This document shows, in pieces, positions 17,061 through 26,025 of a DNA stretch of 64,000 bases (its first letter is position 1; each line of letters starts with the position of its first letter). Source of the DNA: Pseudomonadota bacterium (GTDB taxonomy: Bacteria > Desulfobacterota > SM23-61). Below the pieces are notes generated by a model that did not search any database, was not told where the DNA came from, and worked only from the letters and a program-made list of their open reading frames with translations. Location of the stretch: contig JAHJQK010000075.1 in the NCBI GenBank assembly GCA_018819135.1, positions 236 to 64,235 on the forward strand, in the 5' to 3' direction. The translations under genes and the position numbers were made by a program.

Positions 17061-17425
17061 ACCCCATTAAAGACTATTCCGGATGTCCCATTTATATTAT
17101 ATGCATATCTTGCTTATGTGTCTTCTGCTAATTAGCCAGGGGATTTCTGCCCGTTCACTTGATTATCCACCAAATTTTTTGATTCAACCCGTCCTCCTTT
17201 GCAGGTTATATTTGAATTTAATCTCTGAATCGATTAACCTTAAATAATAGGAAAGTATCAATTCAGCATTTTGAAAAGGACCGCTAAATTTCGGGGGGAA
17301 ATGCCCGTCATTTTGAAAGTGGCAATTTATATTGTGCCTTTGGCATTGAAAGTTAGCCAATTTTTCAAAGGGCTAAACTGTGATGAGCACCTCTCATCGG
17401 CGGGAACGGAATTTGAGGTTGGGAA

Positions 17426-18691
17426 ATGGTCAAACGTCCGGTTTTTTTCTATGGTTGGGTAATTGTAGCCATCATTGTAGTCAGCATGGTTCTTATATAT
17501 GGAATCCGTCACTCTTTTGCGGTTTTCTTTTCACGCATCCTGCAGGAATTCCCCTGGAGCCGGGGCAACATTGCCGTTATGTTTTCTTTAAATATTTTCG
17601 TCTACGGGTTCTTAGCCCCCGTAGCCGGCATGCTTGCTGACCGCTGGAAGCCCCGGAGAATGATGCCCTTGGGGGTTGTGATCCTTGGTTTGGCAACTGC
17701 TGGCTGTGCTTTCGCCAATAAGTTGTGGCATTTCTATTTCCTTTTCGGCTTTCTCATGCCTCTGGGAAGCGCCTTCAGTGGATGGCCTATTATGGCGCCA
17801 TCCCTGGTGAATTGGTTTACCAAAAGGAAAGGGCTGGTTCTGGGACTCGGCCAGATGGGTGGCGGCCTTAGTTTTGTTTACAGTATATTCGTTGAATTCA
17901 CCATATCCCAAATGGGTTGGCGGAATACTTTTATTATTCTGGCGGTCATCTTGGTTATTTTCTTGCTGCCGCTCTACTTCTTTTTTTTCTACTTCCGGCC
18001 GGAAGAAAAAGGCCTCTATTCTTATGGAGTTGACCCCGCCGATCCTTCTCCACCCTCCCCTGCCGGAGGAGCGGTTTTCAGGAAGCCAATGATTTTGGAA
18101 AGGACTCTGGGTGACGTCATGAAAAGCCTCCAACTTTGGCTCCTGGTATTATCCTACGCCCTATACTGGGGAGTTGGATGCTATCTCATTCTCGCCCATC
18201 AAGTGAAATTCACCGAGGATGCGGGATACAGCAGCTTGTTCAGTGTTTCGGTCTTCGCCCTTTTTGGTATCACCCTATTCATGGGACAGCTCTCGGGCTT
18301 CATATCCGATTGGCTAGGGAGAGAAAAAACTGTTACCCTGGCCACTTTACTGTCCCTCGGCGCTCTACTCGCCCTAATGTCGGTTCGAGACACTTCCCAA
18401 CCTTGGCTCCTCTATGGGTATTCGATTGCTTTGGGTTATGGAGCCGGCCTTTTTTCTCCCACTCTTTTTGCCGCATCAGCGGATATATTCCATAGGCGTC
18501 ATTATGGTGTGGTGGCGGGTTTGTTGCTTGCTGGAATGGGCGCAGGGGGAGCCGTGGGTCCCTGGATCGGCGGCTACCTGTTTGATCTTTCCGGTAGCTA
18601 TACGAATTCTTTTATTCTGTCCATGGTCAGCATGGGCCTATCCTGTATCAGCTTATGGCTGGCAGCGCCTAGAAAGACAGCGGTGAAATAG
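17426..18691 (+). CDS. MFS transporter (OFA/MCT-like)
   Basis: 421 aa, ~12 TM. Has GMLADRWKPRRMM motif A. Confidence 0.8.
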   Translation: MVKRPVFFYGWVIVAIIVVSMVLIYGIRHSFAVFFSRILQEFPWSRGNIAVMFSLNIFVYGFLAPVAGMLADRWKPRRMMPLGVVILGLATAGCAFANKLWHFYFLFGFLMPLGSAFSGWPIMAPSLVNWFTKRKGLVLGLGQMGGGLSFVYSIFVEFTISQMGWRNTFIILAVILVIFLLPLYFFFFYFRPEEKGLYSYGVDPADPSPPSPAGGAVFRKPMILERTLGDVMKSLQLWLLVLSYALYWGVGCYLILAHQVKFTEDAGYSSLFSVSVFALFGITLFMGQLSGFISDWLGREKTVTLATLLSLGALLALMSVRDTSQPWLLYGYSIALGYGAGLFSPTLFAASADIFHRRHYGVVAGLLLAGMGAGGAVGPWIGGYLFDLSGSYTNSFILSMVSMGLSCISLWLAAPRKTAVK

Positions 18692-18712
18692 AGCAAGAAA
18701 GGAACAAGAGAG

Positions 18713-19075
18713 ATGACTTTCCTCGTTCGCTTGTTGACTAACATGGTGGCCATTCTGCTCATCGCCTACTTTCTGCCGGCGATCATGTGGGTTGACAGTT
18801 GGTGGGAAGCGTTGGCGGCAGCCTTTCTATTAGGGGTTGTCAATACCATTCTGCGACCCATCCTCATCTTTTTTACCCTCCCCCTGACGCTTTTAACCTT
18901 CGGGCTTTTTCTGCTGGTCATCAATGGGTTGATGCTCTGGCTGGTGGCGGCCTTTGTTAAGGGGTTTTATGTCAATGGTTTTTGGGGGTCGGTGCTGGGG
19001 GCAATTTTGCTCAGCATAGTAAGCTGGCTATTGGCCAGCTTGTTGCAGTCGTTAAAGGTGGGGGAGAAGGGATGA
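18713..19075 (+). CDS. DUF360 / phage holin family 4 membrane protein
   Basis: 120 aa with LGVVNTILRPILIFFTLPLTLLTFGLFLLVINGLMLWL, the characteristic core. Confidence 0.7.
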   Translation: MTFLVRLLTNMVAILLIAYFLPAIMWVDSWWEALAAAFLLGVVNTILRPILIFFTLPLTLLTFGLFLLVINGLMLWLVAAFVKGFYVNGFWGSVLGAILLSIVSWLLASLLQSLKVGEKG

Positions 19076-19561
19076 GATTTGGCAATATCGTTGGCAACGT
19101 TGTTATGCGGAAATAATCTCTTGTGAGGAAAGGAGATCCATGGGTACCCCCAAAGGTTTTTCAGACCGGATTGAAAACTGGCTGGCCAAGATCCCCGGGA
19201 TTCGCACTTACCAGGACCGCGAACATCGCAGGGAAACCGCAAAGCCCGGACCTGGCTTAAAGGATGCCAGGTGCAGCTCCAGGAACCGCAGCTCTTTTAC
19301 TTGCCATTCACCCAGGTTGATCTTTTTTTAAAAGAACTTTCTACCGGCCTTTCCTTCCAGCGCAACGCCCTCTTGGAGGACCTCGCACCTGATAACGGAT
19401 GAATCCCGTCAAATCGTTAATGCCTGAGGCGAAATCACCGCCCTTCCATTCGGGTCGAAAAAAAGATAATTTGCTAAGCGAAGGGTAGCAGACTGATATA
19501 TTGACAACCCGGATTTATTCCTTATACTGAATGAGAGAACGATTGAGGAGAGCTTGGGAAA

Positions 19562-20707
19562 ATGAAAAAAGCGAAAAACTTTCTGGTAATGTTATTAATC
19601 GCTGCCGTCATCGCCATTTCGTATGTTCCAGCCTGGGCCTTAGAAAAAGGGAGGATTATTACTCCTGGCGACTTTTTCCCTGAATTCTCTTTTCCCATGA
19701 CCTTGGCCAACCCCGATATAGAATATTTGGGAATACCCCAAAAATTTTTCGGCTTGGTCAAAGCGGATTCATCTTCTCTAAAAGAGGCCAAAGCCGAATT
19801 AATCGTCCTCGAATACCTCAACAAATACTGTTTCTCTTGCCAGCTTCAAGCCCCGGTTATGAATCAGGTCTTCACCATGGTGGATAAGGACCCCCAGTTG
19901 AAAGGTAGAATTAAGTTTTTGGGTATCGGGGCCGGGAATAACCAGAGGGAAGTGGATTCTTTCCGAGCGGAGAAAAAAATCCTTTTCCCGATCGTTCCCG
20001 ATCCCAAGTTTCTGGCTTACGAAGCGATTGGCGACCCCGGAGCAACCCCCTTCACTCTCTTTATCCGTAAGACCGATTCTGGCCATCTTGTGGCCCATAT
20101 AAAAGTTGGACTGACCAAGGACCCGGAAAAAATCCTGAAGGAAATAAATGATTCCCTAAAGGCCGATGTCAATGCCCTTTTAAAGCAATACAAAGACCCT
20201 TCTCCCCAACAGGCTAAAAGCCAAAAACTCCATCTCCGTTACAATGAAGAAGAATTGCTGAAAAAAGCCCAGGAAGCCATGCTCAACCCAAAATGGAAAG
20301 TACTCCAGGTGGCCAAAATAAACTTGCCGGACGGCGAAGGAATTTATGTAGGGGATATTCAGGCCGGAACGCAGAAAGCCTATTTATTCGCCAAGCTTGC
20401 CAGCCGGGCGCCAACTTGCGACATCTGCCATGCCACCCATTTTATTTTCACTTTCAACGAAAAGGGGGAAATTGTAAATTTTCTCCCCCTTAAAGTGACT
20501 AAGCTGAACAACCTTCCTTGGAATGAAAAAGAAATCGAGCAGATGAAGCAGCGCCTTATCGGCCGGTCGATTCTTCAGCCCGTAGACTTCGATCTCCAGG
20601 TGGACACGATCTCCTCAGCAACCGTGACGGCGCATTTGATCGTGGACAGCGTGAACAAGGCCAAGAGCCTTTATGAAGGGTTGAAGAGCAAAGGGTATAT
20701 TAAATAA
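19562..20707 (+). CDS. secreted thioredoxin-fold (TlpA/redoxin-like, CFSC) protein fused to a C-terminal FMN-binding (FMN_bind) domain
   Basis: Signal peptide MKKAKNFLVMLLIAAVIAISYVPAWA. LNKYCFSCQ is a CxxC motif. The C-terminus VDTISSATVTAHLIVDSV fits the Dxx[ST][GS]AT flavinylation-type motif. Confidence 0.65.
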   Translation: MKKAKNFLVMLLIAAVIAISYVPAWALEKGRIITPGDFFPEFSFPMTLANPDIEYLGIPQKFFGLVKADSSSLKEAKAELIVLEYLNKYCFSCQLQAPVMNQVFTMVDKDPQLKGRIKFLGIGAGNNQREVDSFRAEKKILFPIVPDPKFLAYEAIGDPGATPFTLFIRKTDSGHLVAHIKVGLTKDPEKILKEINDSLKADVNALLKQYKDPSPQQAKSQKLHLRYNEEELLKKAQEAMLNPKWKVLQVAKINLPDGEGIYVGDIQAGTQKAYLFAKLASRAPTCDICHATHFIFTFNEKGEIVNFLPLKVTKLNNLPWNEKEIEQMKQRLIGRSILQPVDFDLQVDTISSATVTAHLIVDSVNKAKSLYEGLKSKGYIK

Positions 20708-20718
20708 AGTCCTGTGAC

Positions 20719-20848
20719 CTCTGTACTACTAACGTTCAAATTCTTGAAATTTTGTTAAGCATATTTTAATTTTATCTGTGTTTATCTGCGTTAATCTGCA
20801 TCCAATAAATTTTGGGTTGCGGCACTGCCGCGCTGTGCTCTCTGTGGC
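20719..20848 (+). repeat. dispersed intergenic repeat, copy 1 (family also at 33481-33650 inverted and 36264-36403)
   Basis: CTCTGTACTACTAACGTTCAAATTCTTGAAATTTTGTTAAGCATATTTTAATTTTATCT... is shared almost base-for-base with the reverse complement of 33590-33650. The tail GGTTGCGGCACTGCCGCGCTGTGCTCT is shared with 33481-33512. Confidence 0.85.
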
Positions 20849-20863
20849 TAAAGACTATTGAGT

Positions 20864-20961
20864 GGAAGTGGATAGGGCACTGGTGGCTCTCCCGGACTTC
20901 AAATCCGGTGTGCCGTCTGAGCAAGGCGGCAGGTGGGTTCGATTCCCATGCACTTCCGCCA
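20864..20961 (+). tRNA. selC: tRNA-Sec (anticodon TCA), CCA encoded
   Basis: GGAAGTGG...GGACTTCAAATCC...long variable arm GTGCCGTCTGAGCAAGGCGGCAG...GGTTCGATTCC...CACTTCCGCCA. 98 nt. Anticodon and T arms are nearly identical to E. coli selC as I recall it. Confidence 0.85.
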
Positions 20962-20968
20962 ATTTTTT

Positions 20969-21769
20969 TTAAGTGCCGATCCTTTTAACCTTTTCCACGA
21001 TTTGAGGCAGAACTTGACCCGTTTTCCCTTGAATTAGGTAATCCGATATTTTTTGTTCCGTAAGGGGAGTTGGTTCAGCATTGATTTCAATTAAAATAAT
21101 CCCCATTCCTTTCTCAAGCTGGCGTCGTTTAGCTACCCGGGGTAAATTGGCGAAAGGATAAACTACCGCTGAAGTCCCGCAAATCAACATCAAATCGCAT
21201 TGCGCTGCTTCTTCTAAACTTCTCTCGGCGACATCGGAAGGAATGGGTTCGTTAAAGTGGACAACATCACTTTTTATTGCCCCCTGGCATTTTTGGCAAA
21301 GAGGCGGCAATTGATCTTCCCGGTTTAACCTCTCCAAGTCAAATGTATTAGGGTCATATCTGGTGTGGCAAGAAACACATCTTAGTTTAAAGGCATTGCC
21401 GTGATAATCTAAAACTTTTTGGCTTCCTCCTCGTTGATGCAGGTTGTCGACATTTTGCGTGATAATCCATTTCAATATCCCTATTCGCTCCAGTTCGGCT
21501 AAAGCATAATGGCCAGGATTGGGCATTACCTTGCTCAAATCTCCTAACAAAGAAGGGCCGCTTAATCTTTCCTTCCAGTACTCTTTCGGATTTTTTCTAA
21601 ATTTTTCATAACTCTGGTAAGCTCTTTTTTCTGCTCCGGGATCTTTGGTCCAGATCCCCGCTGGTCCCCGGAAGTCGGGTATTCCCGATTCCGTGGAAAT
21701 CCCCGCACCCGTTGAGGCTATGGCATATTTGCTTGCTATTAAATCTTGATGGCTTAGTAAAAAGTCCAT
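20969..21769 (-). CDS. cobB: NAD-dependent protein deacylase (Sir2/CobB family)
   Basis: GAGISTESGIPDFRG, ITQNVDNLH, a Zn-ribbon CVSC...CQKC, and GTSAVVYP. Confidence 0.85.
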   Translation of the reverse strand: MDFLLSHQDLIASKYAIASTGAGISTESGIPDFRGPAGIWTKDPGAEKRAYQSYEKFRKNPKEYWKERLSGPSLLGDLSKVMPNPGHYALAELERIGILKWIITQNVDNLHQRGGSQKVLDYHGNAFKLRCVSCHTRYDPNTFDLERLNREDQLPPLCQKCQGAIKSDVVHFNEPIPSDVAERSLEEAAQCDLMLICGTSAVVYPFANLPRVAKRRQLEKGMGIILIEINAEPTPLTEQKISDYLIQGKTGQVLPQIVEKVKRIGT

Positions 21770-21914
21770 CTGCGGCGTTGCGCTGCATCCTTCGTCATTG
21801 CGGCGTACCTCTTAAGTACGCCTCATTCCTCAGGATTTGCGCGCCTTGCATATGGAGCTTTTTACTTTGCCATCCCAATTTTGACTTTTTACGAGATCAT
21901 TAAATCTTGATGAA

Positions 21915-23811
21915 CTCGTAAAAAGTAAAATTTGTTAACCGTCTAAAATAATTGATTTTTGTGTCATTTTTTTCTTGTTTTTTGCCATTCAAAATGATAG
22001 AATAATCCTGTAAATTCAATTATTTACAGCGGAATCGCATGTTTTATACTAAAGATCGCAAAACCGGTCAACTTTTCGATCAATGGCACTACCTGGGACC
22101 AAAAAGGCGCAAGCTGCTGGATGAATCCTGGGCCGGGTTGTTCAGGGAAAAAATCCTTCCGGAATTACCGGTGGAACGGATGATCCCCTTTTTCTCCCCC
22201 GATATGGGGCGCCCGACCAAAGAGCTCTATGCCGTGCTCGGAGCCATTCTCTTCCAGCAGATTTTCGATCTTACCGACGAAGAGACCGTTTCCCAAATGG
22301 CCTTTAATCTTCAATGGTATTATGCGCTGGATAATCCTGAAGAGTCCGATGGCGTTAAATATATTTGCCCGAAGACTCTTTGGAGTATGCGCAATACCCT
22401 TACGGACAATGATCTGGATACGGTTTTGTTTGAAAAGATTACCGATACCCTGGCCAAAGTGTTTGAGGTTGATACGAGCAAACAGCGAATCGATTCCGTT
22501 CATATCAAGTCGAACATGCGCCGGTTGGGGCGGATCGGCATTTTGGTTCGATGTCTTCATAAGTTTTTGGTCAATCTGAAACGTCAGTACAAGGAGTTAT
22601 TCGACACCCTTCCTCAGGAGCTGGTCGAAAAATATCTATCGGAGAAGGCGGTGGCCTGTTTTTCCCTGGTCAAGCCTTCGGATACCGAAAGGACGCTGGC
22701 TTCAGTCAGTAAGGATCTTTTCCAGGTGGTGCAGCACTTCATGGATGATCCGCAAGTGAAAGCCATGCATAGCTATTCCCTTCTCTTACGGGTTTTGAAT
22801 GAGCAATGCCGGGTCAAGGAAACTGCGGATGGGCAGTTGGTAGAGATTGCGGTCAAGCCCTCCAAGGAGATTCCCTCCGATTCCCTACAGAACCCATCCG
22901 ATCCGGATGCGGGCTATAGCGGCCACAAAGGTCAAGGTTATCAAGTCCAAATCATGGAGACCTACAGCACCGCAGCGGAAGAAGAAGCCTCGACTCCCAA
23001 GTTGGAACTGATTACGCATGTTCAAGTGGAGTCGGCCCATCAGAGCGATGCGCAGGCTTTAATCCCGGCCCTGGAGGCGACGGCCGAGAGGGGGATGGAT
23101 CCTGAAGAGGTTTTGGCCGATGCCGTTTATGGGAGCGATGAAAACTGCGAGGTGGCCAAGACGATGGGTGTAGAAGTGGTTTCTCCCGTCATGGGTACCC
23201 CTACCGAAAAGGTTCTCCTCCTGGCCGAGTTTGAGTCTGCTGAAAGTGGGCAGGTTCTTCAGTGTCCGCAGGGGTATGCGCCGGTAAAGGTCAAAGGAAA
23301 AAAGAATCGATACACGGCCGCGTTTGATTCTGAAAGCTGCCTCCATTGTCCCCGCCGCAGTGCCTGTCCGGTTGTTCCGGGGAAGAAGCCTTTTTATCTT
23401 CGGTATGATCGCAAAGCCGTTCGTTTAGCCCAGCGGAGGGCTCGCGAAGAGACGCCGGAGTTTCGCGATCGGTATCGTTTCCGAGCGGGCATTGAAGGAA
23501 CCATCTCTGCCTATGATGCCCGCACCGGAGTCAAACAGCTTCGGGTGCGGGGATTTGAAGCTGTGCGCTTTTGCGCTACCCTCAAGGCTACCGGTGTAAA
23601 TATTTTCCGGGCAACTGTGGTGCGGAGGGCCTTAATGGAGGCTCCAGAGGCCTTTGTGGGAGAAAAACCTGGCCTTTGTCAAGCTATTTTCATTTTCAAA
23701 GAGCGATGTGCCACCCTTTGGGGTCGGTTACAACGATTTATGGCCCCAGTTGGTACCTACGAAAATTTTGAACCCATTTTTGCTCGCTGACTTTTTACGG
23801 GTTCATCAAGA
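21915..23811 (+). mobile_element. IS1182-family insertion sequence (~1.9 kb)
   Basis: Terminal inverted repeats TCTTGATGAACTCGTAAAAAGT (21915-21936) and ACTTTTTACGGGTTCATCAAGA (23790-23811) match 21/22. A single transposase ORF fills the interior. Confidence 0.75.
22039..23790 (+). CDS. IS1182-family transposase (DUF772 N-terminal + DDE domain)
   Basis: 583 aa. The N-terminus ...GRPTKELYAVLGAILFQQIFDLTDEETVSQMAFNLQWYYALD is the InsH-N/DUF772 signature. The C-terminus has RYRFRAGIEGTISA. Confidence 0.85.
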   Translation: MFYTKDRKTGQLFDQWHYLGPKRRKLLDESWAGLFREKILPELPVERMIPFFSPDMGRPTKELYAVLGAILFQQIFDLTDEETVSQMAFNLQWYYALDNPEESDGVKYICPKTLWSMRNTLTDNDLDTVLFEKITDTLAKVFEVDTSKQRIDSVHIKSNMRRLGRIGILVRCLHKFLVNLKRQYKELFDTLPQELVEKYLSEKAVACFSLVKPSDTERTLASVSKDLFQVVQHFMDDPQVKAMHSYSLLLRVLNEQCRVKETADGQLVEIAVKPSKEIPSDSLQNPSDPDAGYSGHKGQGYQVQIMETYSTAAEEEASTPKLELITHVQVESAHQSDAQALIPALEATAERGMDPEEVLADAVYGSDENCEVAKTMGVEVVSPVMGTPTEKVLLLAEFESAESGQVLQCPQGYAPVKVKGKKNRYTAAFDSESCLHCPRRSACPVVPGKKPFYLRYDRKAVRLAQRRAREETPEFRDRYRFRAGIEGTISAYDARTGVKQLRVRGFEAVRFCATLKATGVNIFRATVVRRALMEAPEAFVGEKPGLCQAIFIFKERCATLWGRLQRFMAPVGTYENFEPIFAR

Positions 23812-24129
23812 GTGGCCCAAATACATTATTATTGACATTCGAAACTCCCTAAGCTATTTTTACTCCATTTAGAACTTTCCAACCTATAAAGGTATCTACT
23901 ATTCTATCGTAAAAGGAGGACTGAAGCTATGAGACGCAAATGGGTTATAGGGTTTCTCTTGCTGTTTTCTTCTTTTTTATTTTGTTAAAAGTGTGAGAGG
24001 GATAATGGCCAGGAGTCAATGGATTAATTTGTAGAGCTTTTTTAAACCCACGGGCTTTAAGGCTGCACGGGTTTCCGCCTAACGCCTTACGCCTTGCGAT
24101 TTACGGTTTTTATATTTCTTTCGGCGTGC

Positions 24130-24149
24130 ATCTGCGCCAATCTGCGTCG
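24130..24149 (+). repeat. two 10-bp-phased ATCTGCG units just upstream of argH
   Basis: ATCTGCGCCA|ATCTGCGTCG, 16 nt before the argH ATG. Confidence 0.7.
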
Positions 24150-24164
24150 TATGGGGTCCTTGCC

Positions 24165-25667
24165 ATGAAAAATAAAAGACTCTGGGGTAAGAGGTTGGCC
24201 AAAGAGCCAGCGGCTATTACGGAGGTTTTTACCTCTGGGAGGGATGTCCGCGGAACGGCTTCCGCTGATGAGCGGTTGGTTCCCTATGATATTTGGGGCA
24301 GCAGGGCCCATGTTCTCATGCTGGCCAGGCAAGGAATTTTACCTAAGCCTGTGGCCAGAGTTCTGATCAAAGGTTTAGGAAAGATAGAAAATGCCTGGGA
24401 GCAAGGGGAGTTTTTTCTTGACCCAGCGGAAGAAGACGTGCACAGCAACGTGGAGAGTTGGCTGATTAAAAAATTTGGTTTAAAAGTTGGCGGACGACTC
24501 CATACGGCCCGCAGCCGCAACGACCAGGTTGCCGTGGACATGCGCCTTTATCTAAGGGACAACGCTCTAAATTTTTTGTACGAACTCACTTCCCTGATCA
24601 AGGTCCTCCTGGATCAGGCTCAAAAACAACGAAGCACCATTTTCCCCGGTTATACGCATCATCAACCCGCTCAAATAACCACCTTGGGCCACATATGGCT
24701 CTCTTTCGCCGAATCTTTGTCCAGGGACGGGCAGCGATTTCAAGATTGGTATAAACGTTTCAACCAAAACCCTCTCGGTTCCATGACCGGTTACGGCACG
24801 AGTTTCGACATCGACCGCAATCTTACATCCAAACTTCTGGGGTTCGACAATCCTTGCCCCAATTCTCTGGACCCGATTCAAAACCGTTGGGAACCGGAGG
24901 CGGAAATGGGGTTTGCCCTTGCCGCCATGATGAATCATTTAAGCTCCCTGGCGCAGATTCTGATCCTTTTTAGCACGCGGGAGTTTGGCCTGTTTAGACT
25001 GGACGACGCCTATTGCACGGGCAGTTCAATGATGCCGCAAAAGCGCAATCCAGACCCTCTGGAAATCATCAAGGCGAAAGCGGCAGTTGCCCAAGGTTTG
25101 TTGGCCAATCTACTGTCTATCGGCCGATCCCTCTTTCTGGGATATAACCGCGATACCCAGTGGACAAAATATTTGATTATGGATTTGGTTGATGAATGCA
25201 TTTCCGCCCCCAGGATTGCGGCGGAGATTGTTGCTTCCTTGCATATTCATAAGGATAAAATGGCCGGGCTCTGCCAGAAGGGATTTATCACCGCGCCAGA
25301 CATTTTAGAGAGATTGGTTCAAGACTGGGGACTGCCTTTTCGTCAGGCCAAAGTGGCGGTGGAAAAGGCCGTGAAATATTCCGAAGCGGAAGGGGGGGAG
25401 CAAATCTCACCATCGGCCTTACAGCGGTCGTTGCAAGAGGAAGGCCTCAGCCTGAAGATGGAGCAAAGATTTATTCCCATGGCCCAGGATCCGAAGTTGA
25501 TCGTCTCGCGGAGGAAAGCCATTGGCGGGACTTCCTTTGAGGCTCTGGGGAAAAATATTGCAGACCTAACAGCCTCCCTCCAGGTTTCCCGCCGGTGGCT
25601 CGCCCAGAAAAGGAAGCAGCAAGCGATGGCTAAAACCCGTCTGGCTGAGATGGAATGCCGAATTTAG
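24165..25667 (+). CDS. argH: argininosuccinate lyase
   Basis: HTARSRNDQVAVD, GYTHHQPAQITT and GSSMMPQKRNPD (fumarate-lyase signature). Start placed at MKNKRLWG. Confidence 0.85.
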   Translation: MKNKRLWGKRLAKEPAAITEVFTSGRDVRGTASADERLVPYDIWGSRAHVLMLARQGILPKPVARVLIKGLGKIENAWEQGEFFLDPAEEDVHSNVESWLIKKFGLKVGGRLHTARSRNDQVAVDMRLYLRDNALNFLYELTSLIKVLLDQAQKQRSTIFPGYTHHQPAQITTLGHIWLSFAESLSRDGQRFQDWYKRFNQNPLGSMTGYGTSFDIDRNLTSKLLGFDNPCPNSLDPIQNRWEPEAEMGFALAAMMNHLSSLAQILILFSTREFGLFRLDDAYCTGSSMMPQKRNPDPLEIIKAKAAVAQGLLANLLSIGRSLFLGYNRDTQWTKYLIMDLVDECISAPRIAAEIVASLHIHKDKMAGLCQKGFITAPDILERLVQDWGLPFRQAKVAVEKAVKYSEAEGGEQISPSALQRSLQEEGLSLKMEQRFIPMAQDPKLIVSRRKAIGGTSFEALGKNIADLTASLQVSRRWLAQKRKQQAMAKTRLAEMECRI

Positions 25668-26025
25668 GGGACGTTGCTCAAAAACTTCAAAGTTATTTCA
25701 CGTTTTCTTCTTTCTTCAAGCCACGGCACAGGCTGAAGCCCCCACCCCTAAATGGCGGGAAATATCCGCCATGGGAAAATCCATCTCCCGATTTATTCAA
25801 CACAACAACTTCTTTTTCTGTGTTTAATTCCGTTACTCGCGACAGTAAATTTTCTCGATCCCCATCGTCCATAAATATTATTGTGCCCTTCGATCCCACG
25901 GACCCTCACTTAATAAAGAGCCCTATGAGCATCTAATCGAGCTTGCCAAGGAATGATTTCTATTTAATACACTGCCTCAATCCGGCAAACGATAGTTTTG
26001 ACGATATTGAGCAACGTCCCCTAAG
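25665..26025. repeat. 361-bp element bounded by perfect 18-bp inverted repeats (MITE-like)
   Basis: TTAGGGGACGTTGCTCAA at 25665-25682 and its exact reverse complement TTGAGCAACGTCCCCTAA at 26008-26025. The left repeat supplies the argH stop codon (TAG 25665-25667). Confidence 0.7.

Noticed and set aside
18713-19075. The phage-holin-family gene could be a prophage marker.
   Set aside because: No other phage genes are nearby, and DUF360/holin-4 family proteins are widespread chromosomal membrane proteins.
19140-19400. A small ORF, MGTPKGFSDRIENWLAKIPGIRTYQDREHRRET..., may continue in another frame (...QLQEPQLFYLPFTQVDLFLKELSTGLSFQRNALLEDLAPDNG).
   Set aside because: I cannot recognise a family or fix the frameshift position. 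The coding evidence is too weak to annotate.
20761-20810. The short tandem ATCTGYG units, here and elsewhere, could be a CRISPR array.
   Set aside because: The units are 7-10 bp with 3-nt gaps and occur at most three per site. There are no 25-40-bp repeats, spacers or cas genes.
20969-21769. The Sir2-family gene could be a defence-type SIR2 effector (Thoeris, DSR or pAgo-associated).
   Set aside because: It has the full housekeeping sirtuin motif set, including the Zn-ribbon (CVSC...CQKC), and a compact CobB-like size. It stands alone without a sensor partner. The adjacent IS looks like an unrelated insertion.
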